Shown: piece after piece, positions 26,640 to 36,105 of the stretch
Layout of the letters: each line of letters opens with the position of its first letter
Position numbering within the stretch: position 1 is the first letter of the stretch
Source: an uncultured Methylotenera sp.
GTDB taxonomy: Bacteria; Pseudomonadota; Gammaproteobacteria; Burkholderiales; Methylophilaceae
Direction of reading: 5' to 3'
NCBI GenBank assembly: GCA_964400215.1
Contig: CAYNSY010000005.1
Span: 17,943 to 81,942 of the forward strand
Length of the DNA: 64,000 nt
Position numbers and translations under genes: made by a program
The notes under the pieces: generated by a model
Seen by the model: the letters and a program-made list of their open reading frames with translations, nothing else
Told to the model about the DNA's origin: nothing
Databases searched by the model: none

Positions 26640-27479
26640 ATGCCAGAATTGCCCGAGGTAGAAACCACGCGACGTGGGCTTTTGCCTCTGTTGGGCAAGG
26701 TGGTGGAATCCGTTACCATACGTCACCCCACCTTGCGTTGGCCTATCCCGGCGCACTTGCCAAAAACCTTGCCGGCCATGACCCTCAACAGCTTGGAACG
26801 CCGTGCTAAATACCTCTTGTGTGATTTTTCTGGGGCTGACGGGGCGGGCACCTTGCTTTTGCATTTAGGCATGTCCGGTCGCATCCAGTTATTGGATGAT
26901 GCCTACCCAGCAGAAAAACACGATCACTTTGATGTGGCGTTTACTGATGGGCAGGTGCTGCGCTTGCGTGATCCGCGTCGCTTTGGTGCGGTGTTGTGGT
27001 TGGATGGCCATCCGGCTAATCACCCCTTATTAGCCAGCTTAGGCCCCGAACCTTTGGAAGACGGCTTTAATGCCAAGTATTTGCAAAAGACCTTGGCCAA
27101 CAAAAGCTTGGCCATTAAAAACGCCATTATGGATGGCCATGTGGTGGTCGGGGTAGGCAACATTTATGCCTCGGAATCCTTGTTCCGCAGTGGCATCCAT
27201 CCTGAAACACCGGCAAACAGCTTAAGCTTAAAACGCTGTGAAAAATTGGTGGCGGAAATCAAGCTGACCTTGAACGAGGCACTGAATGCCGGCGGCAGCA
27301 GCTTGCGGGATTTTTTTGGTACCAATGGCTTGCCCGGCTATTTTCAACAAAGTTATTTTGTCTATGGCCGGACCGATGAGCCGTGCCGGGTGTGTGGCAA
27401 AGCAATTAAAACCATGCGCTTGGGTCAGCGTTCAACCTTTTACTGCGCGCACTGCCAGAAACTCAGGTCAGTTGCTTAG
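26640..27479 (+). CDS. mutM: Formamidopyrimidine-DNA glycosylase
   Basis: N-terminal PELPEVET and the C-terminal zinc finger CRVCGKAIKTMRLGQRSTFYCAHCQ. Confidence 0.95.
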   Translation: MPELPEVETTRRGLLPLLGKVVESVTIRHPTLRWPIPAHLPKTLPAMTLNSLERRAKYLLCDFSGADGAGTLLLHLGMSGRIQLLDDAYPAEKHDHFDVAFTDGQVLRLRDPRRFGAVLWLDGHPANHPLLASLGPEPLEDGFNAKYLQKTLANKSLAIKNAIMDGHVVVGVGNIYASESLFRSGIHPETPANSLSLKRCEKLVAEIKLTLNEALNAGGSSLRDFFGTNGLPGYFQQSYFVYGRTDEPCRVCGKAIKTMRLGQRSTFYCAHCQKLRSVA

Positions 27480-29033
27480 CGGCAAAAAGGCACTGAGTAG
27501 CATGGCTATCTCCAAACTGGCCAACACGGCGATGCCTATGAATAATCGTTTTTGCCAACGCGCTTGCAGTTCTTGCGCAGCGATGAGTTGAGCCAGGCCG
27601 GCTCGCAGAGGTTCGTCTTGCTCGGCTTGAGTTTGTTGGCGTAAAAAAGCATGCACCAAGCGCGGCATTTCCGGCAGCGTTTTAGCAATAAAAGGCAATT
27701 CTTTACGCAAGGTTTTGGCCAGACTGCGCCAGCCGATTTGCTCGCTCATCCAGCGTTTTAAGAAGGGTTTGGCGCTTTGCCACAAGTCTATGTCAGGGTC
27801 TAAATCGCGGCCCAAGCCTTCGATGTTAAGCAAGGTTTTTTGCAGCATGACCAATTGCGGTTGGATGACCACGCCGAATTTGCGCGACATTTGAAACAGG
27901 CTTAATAGGGTGCGGCCAAATGAAATGTCTTTTAAAGGCTTGTTGAATATAGGTTCGCATATGGCGCGCACGGCGGTTTCCAAGGCCTCCACATTGGTGT
28001 CTTTGGGTACCCAGCCGGACTCGATGTGGGCGACCGCCACATCACGGTAATCGCGGTTAAAGAAGGCCAAGAAATTGCGCGCTAAATAGTATTTATCGGT
28101 GTCGCTTAAGCTGCCCATGATGCCAAAATCCAAGGCGATGTACTTGCCTTTGTCTGGCCCACTGTTGACCACCAAGATGTTGCCTGGGTGCATGTCGGCA
28201 TGAAAGAAACCGTCTCTAAATACTTGGGTAAAGAAAATTTCCACGCCATCGTGCGCCAATTTAGCGATGTCTATGCCTTGTTCGCGCAGCAGTTCAATCT
28301 TGCTGATGGGCGTGCCGTGCATGCGCTGCATGACCATGACTTGTTGACGGCACCAATCCCAATAGACCTCGGGCACCAGCAGTTTTTTGTCTGGGAAGTT
28401 GCCGGCTAAGCGCGTGCAGTTGGCGGCTTCTAGGGTGAGGTCCAGTTCGCTTTCAGTGTGCTCGGCAAATTCTGCCACCACTTCGCGTGGTTTCAAGCGT
28501 TTAATTTCAGCCGATAAGGCTTGTAGCAACCAAGCGGCCGTGTCCAGTAAATCAAGGTCATGTTGTATGACCTTGGCGATGCCTGGGCGTAATACTTTCA
28601 CTGCTACCGGTGTGCCATCCATTAATTCGGCGAAGTGCACTTGCGCCACCGAGGCGCTGGCAATGGCGGTTTGCTCGAAGCTGGCGAACACTTGATTGAG
28701 GGGCAGTGTGTAAGCGGCTTGGACAATTTTATCGACCTCAGCGTAAGCGAAGGGCGGCACTTGGTCTTGCAGTTTGGCCAGTTCGTCGGCGATGTCCAGT
28801 GGGATTAAATCGCGACGGGTAGAAAGCATTTGGCCAAATTTCACAAATATCGGCCCCAAGGCCTCCAAGGCCAAACGCAGTCTTTGCGCGCGTGGTGTGT
28901 GTTTGTTGCGCCAAAAAAACAGCACTTGGATTAGGCTGTGCAAAGGTTTGAGTTTGCTGTTGCCTAAGGCGAATTCATCCAGGCCGAAGCGCAGGGCGAT
29001 GTAAACTATGTAGATTAGGCGAAATAGGCGCAT
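27468..29033 (-). CDS. ubiB: Ubiquinone biosynthesis regulatory kinase-like protein UbiB
   Basis: The ABC1/UbiB family (ASASVAQVH, HADMHPGN), two C-terminal TM helices, and ubiE-ubiJ-ubiB synteny. Confidence 0.92.
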   Translation of the reverse strand: MRLFRLIYIVYIALRFGLDEFALGNSKLKPLHSLIQVLFFWRNKHTPRAQRLRLALEALGPIFVKFGQMLSTRRDLIPLDIADELAKLQDQVPPFAYAEVDKIVQAAYTLPLNQVFASFEQTAIASASVAQVHFAELMDGTPVAVKVLRPGIAKVIQHDLDLLDTAAWLLQALSAEIKRLKPREVVAEFAEHTESELDLTLEAANCTRLAGNFPDKKLLVPEVYWDWCRQQVMVMQRMHGTPISKIELLREQGIDIAKLAHDGVEIFFTQVFRDGFFHADMHPGNILVVNSGPDKGKYIALDFGIMGSLSDTDKYYLARNFLAFFNRDYRDVAVAHIESGWVPKDTNVEALETAVRAICEPIFNKPLKDISFGRTLLSLFQMSRKFGVVIQPQLVMLQKTLLNIEGLGRDLDPDIDLWQSAKPFLKRWMSEQIGWRSLAKTLRKELPFIAKTLPEMPRLVHAFLRQQTQAEQDEPLRAGLAQLIAAQELQARWQKRLFIGIAVLASLEIAMLLSAFLPLSN

Positions 29034-29036
29034 GGC

Positions 29037-29645
29037 TTAGGGTTTGCTGTTGGCAGCAGGGCCTTTGTTATCGAGTTGTTGTTTGAGTTTGGCCAGTTTT
29101 TTTTCAAAACGGGCGACGTCGGCGCGTAAGGTGTCGACCTCGCTAATGTAATTTTCCACGTGGCGTTTTTTGGCGATTAAAGGCATTTCTTCTTGCCAGT
29201 ATTCGCTAAGCATGGACGCTAAATTGGCCCCGGTTTCTTTGCTGCTGGTTTTGATGTCGCGCAGGGTGTCGCCTATTTTGCTGGCAGCCACGTCGCCCAC
29301 CAATTTGCTGGCATCGTCTTCAAAGTCCCAGCGCATGGCGGACAAGACTTTGGCCAATTCAGCGGCCAACTGGGTGTCGCCAGTGATCTGCACTTGGCGT
29401 TTGGCGGCTTCGTCGCCGGCCAATAAGCGTAATGCCAAGCTGGGAGATAAGCTCACGCTGGCATCGGCCGTGTTGCTTTTTCCGGCCATGGCCAGGTTGC
29501 CGTCTTCTAAAATGACTAGGCTGCGGCTAAAAAAGCCCAGCTTAAATTCGACGGACTGGCCGGCATGGGGTTGCAGCATGGCGCAAGCCCAACTGTTTTG
29601 CGCAATCAGGTGTTGCAGCATGCGGGTGGATAGGCCGGTTAGCAT
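29037..29645 (-). CDS. ubiJ: Ubiquinone biosynthesis accessory factor UbiJ (SCP2-like)
   Basis: It sits between ubiE and ubiB, is about 200 aa, and has a coiled-coil C-terminus. Confidence 0.55.
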   Translation of the reverse strand: MLTGLSTRMLQHLIAQNSWACAMLQPHAGQSVEFKLGFFSRSLVILEDGNLAMAGKSNTADASVSLSPSLALRLLAGDEAAKRQVQITGDTQLAAELAKVLSAMRWDFEDDASKLVGDVAASKIGDTLRDIKTSSKETGANLASMLSEYWQEEMPLIAKKRHVENYISEVDTLRADVARFEKKLAKLKQQLDNKGPAANSKP

Positions 29646-29658
29646 AAGTTAAGCGCCA

Positions 29659-30399
29659 TTAAATTTTGTAGCCTTTGTGCAAGGCCACCACGCCGGCAGC
29701 CAGGTTGTAATAATCCACTTTGGCCAGGCCCGCTTGTTCCATCATCTGTTTGAGGATTTCTTGATCCGGGTGCATGCGTATCGACTCGGCCAAGTATTGG
29801 TAACTGTCGGCGTCCTTAGCAAAGAGCTTGCCCATTAAAGGCAATAGTTTGAACGAGTAAGCGTCGTAGAGTTTGCTTAAGGGCTGCCATACTTTGGAGA
29901 ATTCCAACACCAACAGACGACCACCAACTTTAAGCACCCGTTGCATTTCAGCCAGGGCCAAGTCTTTGTGGGTCATGTTGCGTAAGCCGAAGGCGACGAT
30001 AACGCAATCAAAATGGCCGTCTGGGAAAGGCAGTTTTTCGGCATCGCATTGCAAGGCGGGAACGTTTAAGCCGGCATCGAGCATGCGGTCACGGCCTACG
30101 CTGAGCATGGAGGCATTGATGTCGGTTAAGATTACACGGCCTTGGGCGCCGACCTTTTGCGCAAACAATTTGGATAAATCGCCGCTGCCGCCAGCGATGT
30201 CCAATACCGTGTCGCCGGCTTTGACGCCGCTTATTTCGACGGCAAAGCGTTTCCAAGTGCGGTGTAAGCCGGCGGACATGACGTCGTTCATCAAGTCGTA
30301 TTTGCTGGCCACGGAATGGAATACTTCGCCGACTTTTTTGGCTTTCTCGCCCTCGGCTACGGTTTTAAAACCAAAATGGGTTTGTTGATCGTTTGACAT
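29659..30399 (-). CDS. ubiE: Demethylmenaquinone/ubiquinone C-methyltransferase
   Basis: [26 protein letters not shown] and the SAM motif [10 protein letters not shown]. Confidence 0.95.
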   Translation of the reverse strand: MSNDQQTHFGFKTVAEGEKAKKVGEVFHSVASKYDLMNDVMSAGLHRTWKRFAVEISGVKAGDTVLDIAGGSGDLSKLFAQKVGAQGRVILTDINASMLSVGRDRMLDAGLNVPALQCDAEKLPFPDGHFDCVIVAFGLRNMTHKDLALAEMQRVLKVGGRLLVLEFSKVWQPLSKLYDAYSFKLLPLMGKLFAKDADSYQYLAESIRMHPDQEILKQMMEQAGLAKVDYYNLAAGVVALHKGYKI

Positions 30400-30410
30400 G
30401 GATGCCTCGT

Positions 30411-30776
30411 TTATTGGTTTCGATTTAGGCCAGCTGCACTTAGTTTACCCAAATACTCTAACCACAGTGCTTCGTAGTTGCGCGCTAATTCGTGTAAGTA
30501 ATCCCAGGAATACAAACCGGTGTCGTGGCCATCAGTGAAAATCAGTTTGACGGCATAATTACCGACCGCTTCGATGTTGCTGATGTTGACCAGTTCTTTG
30601 CCTGTTTGCAGCACTTCTTGGCCAGGGCCGTGGCCTTTGACTTCTGCTGAGGGCGAGTAAACGCGTAAAAATTCGCAGGACAACATGCATTCGGTGCCGT
30701 CATCAAATTTAATTTCTAACAATCGCGATGCTTGGTGTAGCCGTATGTCGGTCGGTCTGGGAGTTTGCTTGCTCAT
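30411..30776 (-). CDS. DUF971 (gamma-butyrobetaine hydroxylase-like N-terminal domain) protein
   Basis: [26 protein letters not shown] is characteristic of DUF971. Confidence 0.7.
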   Translation of the reverse strand: MSKQTPRPTDIRLHQASRLLEIKFDDGTECMLSCEFLRVYSPSAEVKGHGPGQEVLQTGKELVNISNIEAVGNYAVKLIFTDGHDTGLYSWDYLHELARNYEALWLEYLGKLSAAGLNRNQ

Positions 30777-30877
30777 GCGACGGTCAATTTTTTATAAAAT
30801 AAGATAATAACAGAATGGCGTGGTAGCGACATCATTAGGTCTAGCTATGGTGGCTTTGTAGATAGGAATATGCGCGT

Positions 30878-30905
30878 AAAAAAGGCTGCTAAACGCAGCC
30901 TTTTT
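30878..30905. terminator. Bidirectional terminator downstream of rpoH
   Basis: The structure is AAAAAA-GGCTGC-TAAAC-GCAGCC-TTTTT. Confidence 0.8.
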
Positions 30906-30921
30906 ATCACTCTAGCCAGAT

Positions 30922-31779
30922 TTAGGCTTGGTAAGCCAACATCGTGCTTTTGATTTTTTGCATGGCTTTTTGTTCAATTTGGCGTATGCGTTCTGCGGAT
31001 ACGCCAAACTCATCGGCCAATTCGTGCAAGGTTTTACCGCCGTCGTCTTGCAACCAGCGCGATTCCACCACGCGGCGGCTACGTTCGTCTAAGTGTTGCA
31101 AGGCATGGCTTAAGCCTTTGGTTTCGTAAGCTTCGGTTTGCTTGGCCTCTATGGCCGCAAGCGGTTCTAAGCGCTCGTCTTGCAGGTAAGCGATAGGGCT
31201 GTAATGGCCGTCTTCGTCGTCATCCGTAGCGGATTCCAAGGAAAATTCGTGACCGTTAAGGCGCGCTTCCATTTCCCGCACTTCTTCCGCTTTGACATTC
31301 AAGGTCTGCGCAATGTGTTCCACTTCGCTGGTTTGCAAGCTGTTGTGGCCGGGTTTCATGCTGCGCAAGTTGAAGAATAATTTACGTTGCGCTTTGGTGG
31401 TGGCAATTTTCACCAAGCGCCAATTGCGCACGATGTATTCGTGGATCTCAGCTTTAATCCAATGCATGGCAAAGGACACCAAGCGCACGCCGCGCTCTGG
31501 GTCAAAGCGTTTTACCGCCTTCATCAAGCCGATGTTACCTTCTTGGATTAAATCCGATTGCGGCAAGCCGTAACCGTTGTAGCCACGCGCGATGCTGGCC
31601 ACCAAGCGTAAATGCGAGACAATCAATTGCCGCGCCGCTTCTAAATCGTTTTCTTTTCTAAATTTGACGGCCAGCGCGTATTCCTCTTCTGCGGACAGAA
31701 TAGGGTAAGCCTTAATGGCTCTAGAGTAGTGCTCTAGGCTATCGCTGGCAGTTAACACGGGTAATAAGGCAGTGGTCAT
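30922..31779 (-). CDS. rpoH: RNA polymerase sigma-32 factor
   Basis: The RpoH box QRKLFFNLR, sigma70 regions 2-4, and a position downstream of ftsYEX. Confidence 0.95.
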   Translation of the reverse strand: MTTALLPVLTASDSLEHYSRAIKAYPILSAEEEYALAVKFRKENDLEAARQLIVSHLRLVASIARGYNGYGLPQSDLIQEGNIGLMKAVKRFDPERGVRLVSFAMHWIKAEIHEYIVRNWRLVKIATTKAQRKLFFNLRSMKPGHNSLQTSEVEHIAQTLNVKAEEVREMEARLNGHEFSLESATDDDEDGHYSPIAYLQDERLEPLAAIEAKQTEAYETKGLSHALQHLDERSRRVVESRWLQDDGGKTLHELADEFGVSAERIRQIEQKAMQKIKSTMLAYQA

Positions 31780-31806
31780 TAAAATTTAGTCCTCCGTAGT
31801 CTAATT

Positions 31807-31833
31807 TTAGCACTCTGTATAAGAGAGTGCTAG
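31807..31833 (-). promoter_or_regulatory. CIRCE operator (HrcA binding site) in the rpoH leader
   Basis: TTAGCACTC-TGTATAAGA-GAGTGCTAG matches 17 of 18 positions of the consensus TTAGCACTC-N9-GAGTGCTAA. It lies 28-54 nt upstream of the rpoH ATG. Confidence 0.8.
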
Positions 31834-31870
31834 AGGCTAAATTAGTTCAATCGGCCAGGCGAGTGAAAAT

Positions 31871-32788
31871 CTAATCGATTTTGATGGCCGCAATCGCGCG
31901 GCTGACAGACAAGAAGGAACCCAGCCAGCCTATGAAGATGGACAGCAGGGTGATGCCTAGGTAAAGCGGCAGGTTAAACCAGGCTAGGCTAAAGTCATTG
32001 CTGTAAAGCTGCGACAGTTGCGCGACCGATTGGTTAAACAGTTGCACGATGACAATCAAAATGACCATGGCCAACAAGCCGCCAAACAAGCCGTAGAGCA
32101 TGCCAGCATAAAGGAAGGGGGTGCGGATAAAATTGGTGGTGGCGCCTATGAGTTTGCTGACCACGATTTCGTCTTTTTGCGTCAATATTTGCATACGCAC
32201 GGTGTTGCCTATGATAACCAATAAGGCCAAGGCCAAAAGGGCGGCGATGAAGGCGATGATTTTTGTGCCCAAGGCTAAAATGCTGGACAAGCGTTTGGCC
32301 CATTCGGCATTTAACAGGGCTTGGTCGACACCCGGCAGGGCTTGCAATTCTTCCCTAAGGCTAGCGAGGGCGGCTGGATCTGCCGATTTAGCTTGAATAA
32401 AAAAAGCATCCGGTAGCGGGTTTTGTTCTAAGTTTTGTACTTCGCTATTGATGTTGCTGGACGAGGCTTTAGCTTTCAAGGCTACCCAGGCATCGGCCTT
32501 GGTGACCAGATTGAATTTTTTGATGGCTGGGTTGTTGTTTAAGGCCGCCTCGATTTCAGTCAATGTATTGGCTGGGGCATCGAGTTGCACAAACAAGCTG
32601 ATTTCTGTTTCATCTTGCATGTGGTTGCTTAGTTTGGACAAGTGCTCCACGCCTAAATAAAACACACCAGGGATGGCCATGGCCACGGCGATCACCAAGC
32701 TGATCATAAAGGTCGACAACTTGTTGTTGTCCATGCGCGCTAGCACCAGTTTCATGGCTTGCACGTGTTGATTGAGCCAGTTCATCAT
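31871..32788 (-). CDS. ftsX: Cell-division ABC transporter permease FtsX
   Basis: Four-TM FtsX topology, and it overlaps the ftsE stop. Confidence 0.9.
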   Translation of the reverse strand: MMNWLNQHVQAMKLVLARMDNNKLSTFMISLVIAVAMAIPGVFYLGVEHLSKLSNHMQDETEISLFVQLDAPANTLTEIEAALNNNPAIKKFNLVTKADAWVALKAKASSSNINSEVQNLEQNPLPDAFFIQAKSADPAALASLREELQALPGVDQALLNAEWAKRLSSILALGTKIIAFIAALLALALLVIIGNTVRMQILTQKDEIVVSKLIGATTNFIRTPFLYAGMLYGLFGGLLAMVILIVIVQLFNQSVAQLSQLYSNDFSLAWFNLPLYLGITLLSIFIGWLGSFLSVSRAIAAIKID

Positions 32789-33462
32789 GCCGTCACGCTT
32801 TCTTTTGTTGCAGGGGCTAATTGGCCGTGGTCTAAATGCAGCACGCGATTTTGCGTGGCTGACATGCCGCGTGCATCGTGGGTGGCAACGATGACCGTGA
32901 CGCCCACTTGATTGAAATCTTGGAATATACCCATGATGTCGGCCGCGTAACTGGAGTCTAGGTTGCCGGTGGGTTCGTCGGCGATTAATATCGATGGCCG
33001 GCTTACTACCGCACGCGCAATCGCTAAGCGTTGTTGCTCGCCGCCGGATAAGGTGATGGGCATGGCTTTTTCTTTGTGCAACAAGCCCACTTTATCTAAA
33101 GCGGCACGCACACGCTTGGCGGCGTCTAGGCCAGTGATGCCATTGATGTGCAAAGGCAAAATGACGTTTTCAAAGCAATTGCGATCGTAGAGTAATTTAT
33201 GGTCTTGAAAAATCAGACCAAAGCGGCGGCGCATAAAGGGAATGGCGGCGGCTTTTAATTGGCTGATGTTTTGATTGGCAATCAAGACCGTGCCACTGGT
33301 TGGTCGCTCTATGGCGGCGATCAGTTTGAGCAAGGTGCTTTTGCCGGCACCTGAGTGACCCGTGACAAACACCAACTCGCCGGCTTCAATGTCGAAGCTG
33401 ACCTGGCTTAAGGCTTCGTTGCTGCCGGGGTAACGTTTGGTGACGTGGTCAAATTTAATCAT
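32785..33462 (-). CDS. ftsE: Cell-division ATP-binding protein FtsE
   Basis: GHSGAGKSTLLKL, LSGGEQQRLAIARA, ILIADEPTGNLD. Confidence 0.95.
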   Translation of the reverse strand: MIKFDHVTKRYPGSNEALSQVSFDIEAGELVFVTGHSGAGKSTLLKLIAAIERPTSGTVLIANQNISQLKAAAIPFMRRRFGLIFQDHKLLYDRNCFENVILPLHINGITGLDAAKRVRAALDKVGLLHKEKAMPITLSGGEQQRLAIARAVVSRPSILIADEPTGNLDSSYAADIMGIFQDFNQVGVTVIVATHDARGMSATQNRVLHLDHGQLAPATKESVTA

Positions 33463-33488
33463 GGCTCAATTATATCGCTAAAGTTGGC

Positions 33489-34508
33489 TTAATCGAGCAA
33501 GGCGTCTATGAATTCGCTGGCCTTAAACGGACGCAGATCGTCTATCGCTTCCCCTATGCCGATAAAGCGGATAGGGATAGGCCGTGCTTCGGCAATGGCA
33601 GCGATGACGCCCCCTTTGGCGGTGCCGTCTAGCTTGCTTAATACCAAGCCAGTCACGCCCAAGGCATCGTCAAAGGCTTTGACTTGCGACACGGCATTTT
33701 GGCCGGTGTTGGCGTCCAGCACCAATAACACCTCGTGCGGTGCGCCGGGCAGGGCTTTGTCCATGACCCGTTTAACCTTGGCAATTTCGTCCATTAAATG
33801 CATTTGCGTGGGCAGGCGCCCGGCAGTGTCGGCCAGCACGATGTCGATTTTTTTGGCGATGGCTGAATTGATTGCATCGAACATGACGGCTGCGGCATCG
33901 CCACTGGATTGTGCCACCACGTGCACGTTGTTGCGTTCGCCCCATACTTGCAATTGCTCACGTGCGGCCGCCCTAAAGGTGTCGCCCGCGGCGATCAATA
34001 CCGACTTGCCTTGGGCTTGAAAGGCGTGGGCCAATTTACCTATGCTGGTGGTTTTGCCGGCGCCATTAACGCCGGCCAGCATGATGACAAATGGGCGCTG
34101 TTGTTCAGTGACCAAGGCTTGCTCCAATGGGCTGAGTAAGTCAGACAGGGCGGCTTTTAGGGCCGCTTTGAGTTGCACGGTGTCGTCTAAATTTTGTGCT
34201 TTAACGCGGGTTTTAATGTCGTTCAGCAAGTTCTTGGTGGCATTTACCCCAACGTCCGAGGTCAGCAGTATGGTTTCCAATTCCTCGTAGACATCGTCAT
34301 CAATTTTGCCGCCGCCAAATAGGCCGGCCAGTTGCTTACCTAGGTGTTTGCGGGTTTTGCTTAAGCTGGTTTTTAGGCGTTCAGCCCAAGAGTCATTAGG
34401 CTTTGTTTGTACTGCCGTGTCGGTCGCTGCTGCGCTGATGGCTAAGCCGCTGTCCGGCGTGGCTGGCGTTGGCGCAGGGCTTTTGTTCTTTTTGAAGAAA
34501 TCAAACAT
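33489..34508 (-). CDS. ftsY: Signal recognition particle receptor FtsY
   Basis: SRP GTPase motifs GVNGAGKTTSIGKLA, DTAGR and SKLDGTAKGG. Confidence 0.95.
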   Translation of the reverse strand: MFDFFKKNKSPAPTPATPDSGLAISAAATDTAVQTKPNDSWAERLKTSLSKTRKHLGKQLAGLFGGGKIDDDVYEELETILLTSDVGVNATKNLLNDIKTRVKAQNLDDTVQLKAALKAALSDLLSPLEQALVTEQQRPFVIMLAGVNGAGKTTSIGKLAHAFQAQGKSVLIAAGDTFRAAAREQLQVWGERNNVHVVAQSSGDAAAVMFDAINSAIAKKIDIVLADTAGRLPTQMHLMDEIAKVKRVMDKALPGAPHEVLLVLDANTGQNAVSQVKAFDDALGVTGLVLSKLDGTAKGGVIAAIAEARPIPIRFIGIGEAIDDLRPFKASEFIDALLD

Positions 34509-34706
34509 AGGGCGTATTTTAACTTAATTTTTAGTGCGACTTTCAACTTGCAGAAAAAAAGCACACGGGCATTTTTCGGTGAACTTAGCCGCGGGAAGCG
34601 CGGTCAGATTGGCGGATAAAAAATGAGCGGCTGCTTGTGCCATGGGCCGCGCTATAATTCAGTCTGCTTGACTGCAAGCAGTAAGAAACAACAGGAGAAA
34701 TACAAG

Positions 34707-36065
34707 GTGCGGATCAAAAGTTTATTGCTAGTATTGTTGGCCTTGCCCATCAGCAGTTGGGCGGCCAACGTGCAAGAATTCAAATTGGACAATGGTTTAA
34801 AGCTCATCGTCCAGGAAGACCACCGCTCACCGGTAGTGGTGTCGCAAGTGTGGTACAAGGCCGGCAGCATAGACGAAGTTAACGGTAAAACCGGCGTGGC
34901 ACACGTGTTGGAACACATGATGTTTAAGGGCACCAAAAAAGTTAAAGCCGGGCAATTTTCCCGTTTGATTGCCGCCGCCGGTGGCAAGGAAAACGCTTTC
35001 ACCAGCAGCGATTACACCTGTTATTTTCAGCAACTGGAAAAATCCCAATTGGGCTTGGCCTTCGAATTGGAAGCCGACCGCATGGCCAATTTGCAATTAA
35101 GCAAAGAAGAGTTCGATAAAGAAATCAAAGTGGTGATGGAAGAGCGCCGTTGGCGCACGGATGACAAACCCCAGTCTTTGGTGAACGAAGCGTTTCAGGG
35201 CGCCGTTTACCGAGCACACCCGTATTCACGACCAGTGATAGGCTTCATGAACGATTTAGAAAACATGAGTTATGAAGATGCGCGTGAATGGTACACGCTG
35301 TGGTATGCGCCTAACAATGCCACCGTGGTGGTGGTGGGCGATGTACAAGCCAATGAGGTGTACCAATTAGCCAAGCAGCATTTTGCTAAGTTGGCGGCAA
35401 AAAAATTGCCCGAGCGCAAACCGCAAGTGGAGCCTGTGCAATTGGGCGAGCGCCGGGTGGTGGTTAAGGCACCAGCTAAACAAGCGTATTTGTTGATGGG
35501 CTACCACGTGCCGGCCTTGCAAGACCCGGATAAAGATTGGCAGCCGTACGCATTGGAAGTGTTGGCCGGCGTGCTCAGTGGCAACCCAGCGGCACGCTTA
35601 AACCAAAGTTTGGTACGTGACACACAATTGGCGGTGGACGCCAGTGCCGGTTACGACATTATGTCGCGCGGTCGTTTGAGTTTATTCGAGTTGGACGGCA
35701 CGCCCAGCGAAGGTAAAACGGTGCGTGAACTCGAGGCGGCTTTGTTGCAGCAAATTGAAAAGATTAAACAATCGGGCGTTAGCGCAGAAGAATTGGATAG
35801 GGTAAAAGCCGCGGTAATTGCTGCCGATGTCTATCAGCGCGATTCCATGTTTTACCAAGCCATGCAAATCGGCACGGTGGAGAGCATAGGTTTTTCTTGG
35901 AAAATTTTAGACGATTACCCAGCCAAATTGCGCGCGGTGACGGCCGAGCAAGTGCAGGCCGTGGCTAAAGAGTTTTTATTGCCAGACAATTTAACCATCG
36001 CCACCTTGGACCCGCAGCCCATGGACCCTAACGCTAAGCCCAAAGGCAAGCCCCATGTGCATTAA
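34707..36065 (+). CDS. M16-family zinc peptidase (active subunit)
   Basis: Inverted zinc motif HVLEHMMFKGT (HxxEH) and signal peptide RIKSLLLVLLALPISSWA. The GTG at 34707 is preceded by AGGAG. The track start at 34623 is rejected. Confidence 0.85.
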   Translation: MRIKSLLLVLLALPISSWAANVQEFKLDNGLKLIVQEDHRSPVVVSQVWYKAGSIDEVNGKTGVAHVLEHMMFKGTKKVKAGQFSRLIAAAGGKENAFTSSDYTCYFQQLEKSQLGLAFELEADRMANLQLSKEEFDKEIKVVMEERRWRTDDKPQSLVNEAFQGAVYRAHPYSRPVIGFMNDLENMSYEDAREWYTLWYAPNNATVVVVGDVQANEVYQLAKQHFAKLAAKKLPERKPQVEPVQLGERRVVVKAPAKQAYLLMGYHVPALQDPDKDWQPYALEVLAGVLSGNPAARLNQSLVRDTQLAVDASAGYDIMSRGRLSLFELDGTPSEGKTVRELEAALLQQIEKIKQSGVSAEELDRVKAAVIAADVYQRDSMFYQAMQIGTVESIGFSWKILDDYPAKLRAVTAEQVQAVAKEFLLPDNLTIATLDPQPMDPNAKPKGKPHVH

Positions 36066-36105
36066 GCCCAGCCAGTACCCGTGAATTAATGAAGGTCAGT
36101 AAACC

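Noticed and set aside
29170-30388. Two long plus-strand ORFs (29170-29652 and 29873-30388)
   Set aside because: They are antisense to ubiJ and ubiE, which have clear family motifs and synteny. They are shadow frames.
33508-34020. 170-aa plus-strand ORF
   Set aside because: It is antisense to the ftsY GTPase domain.
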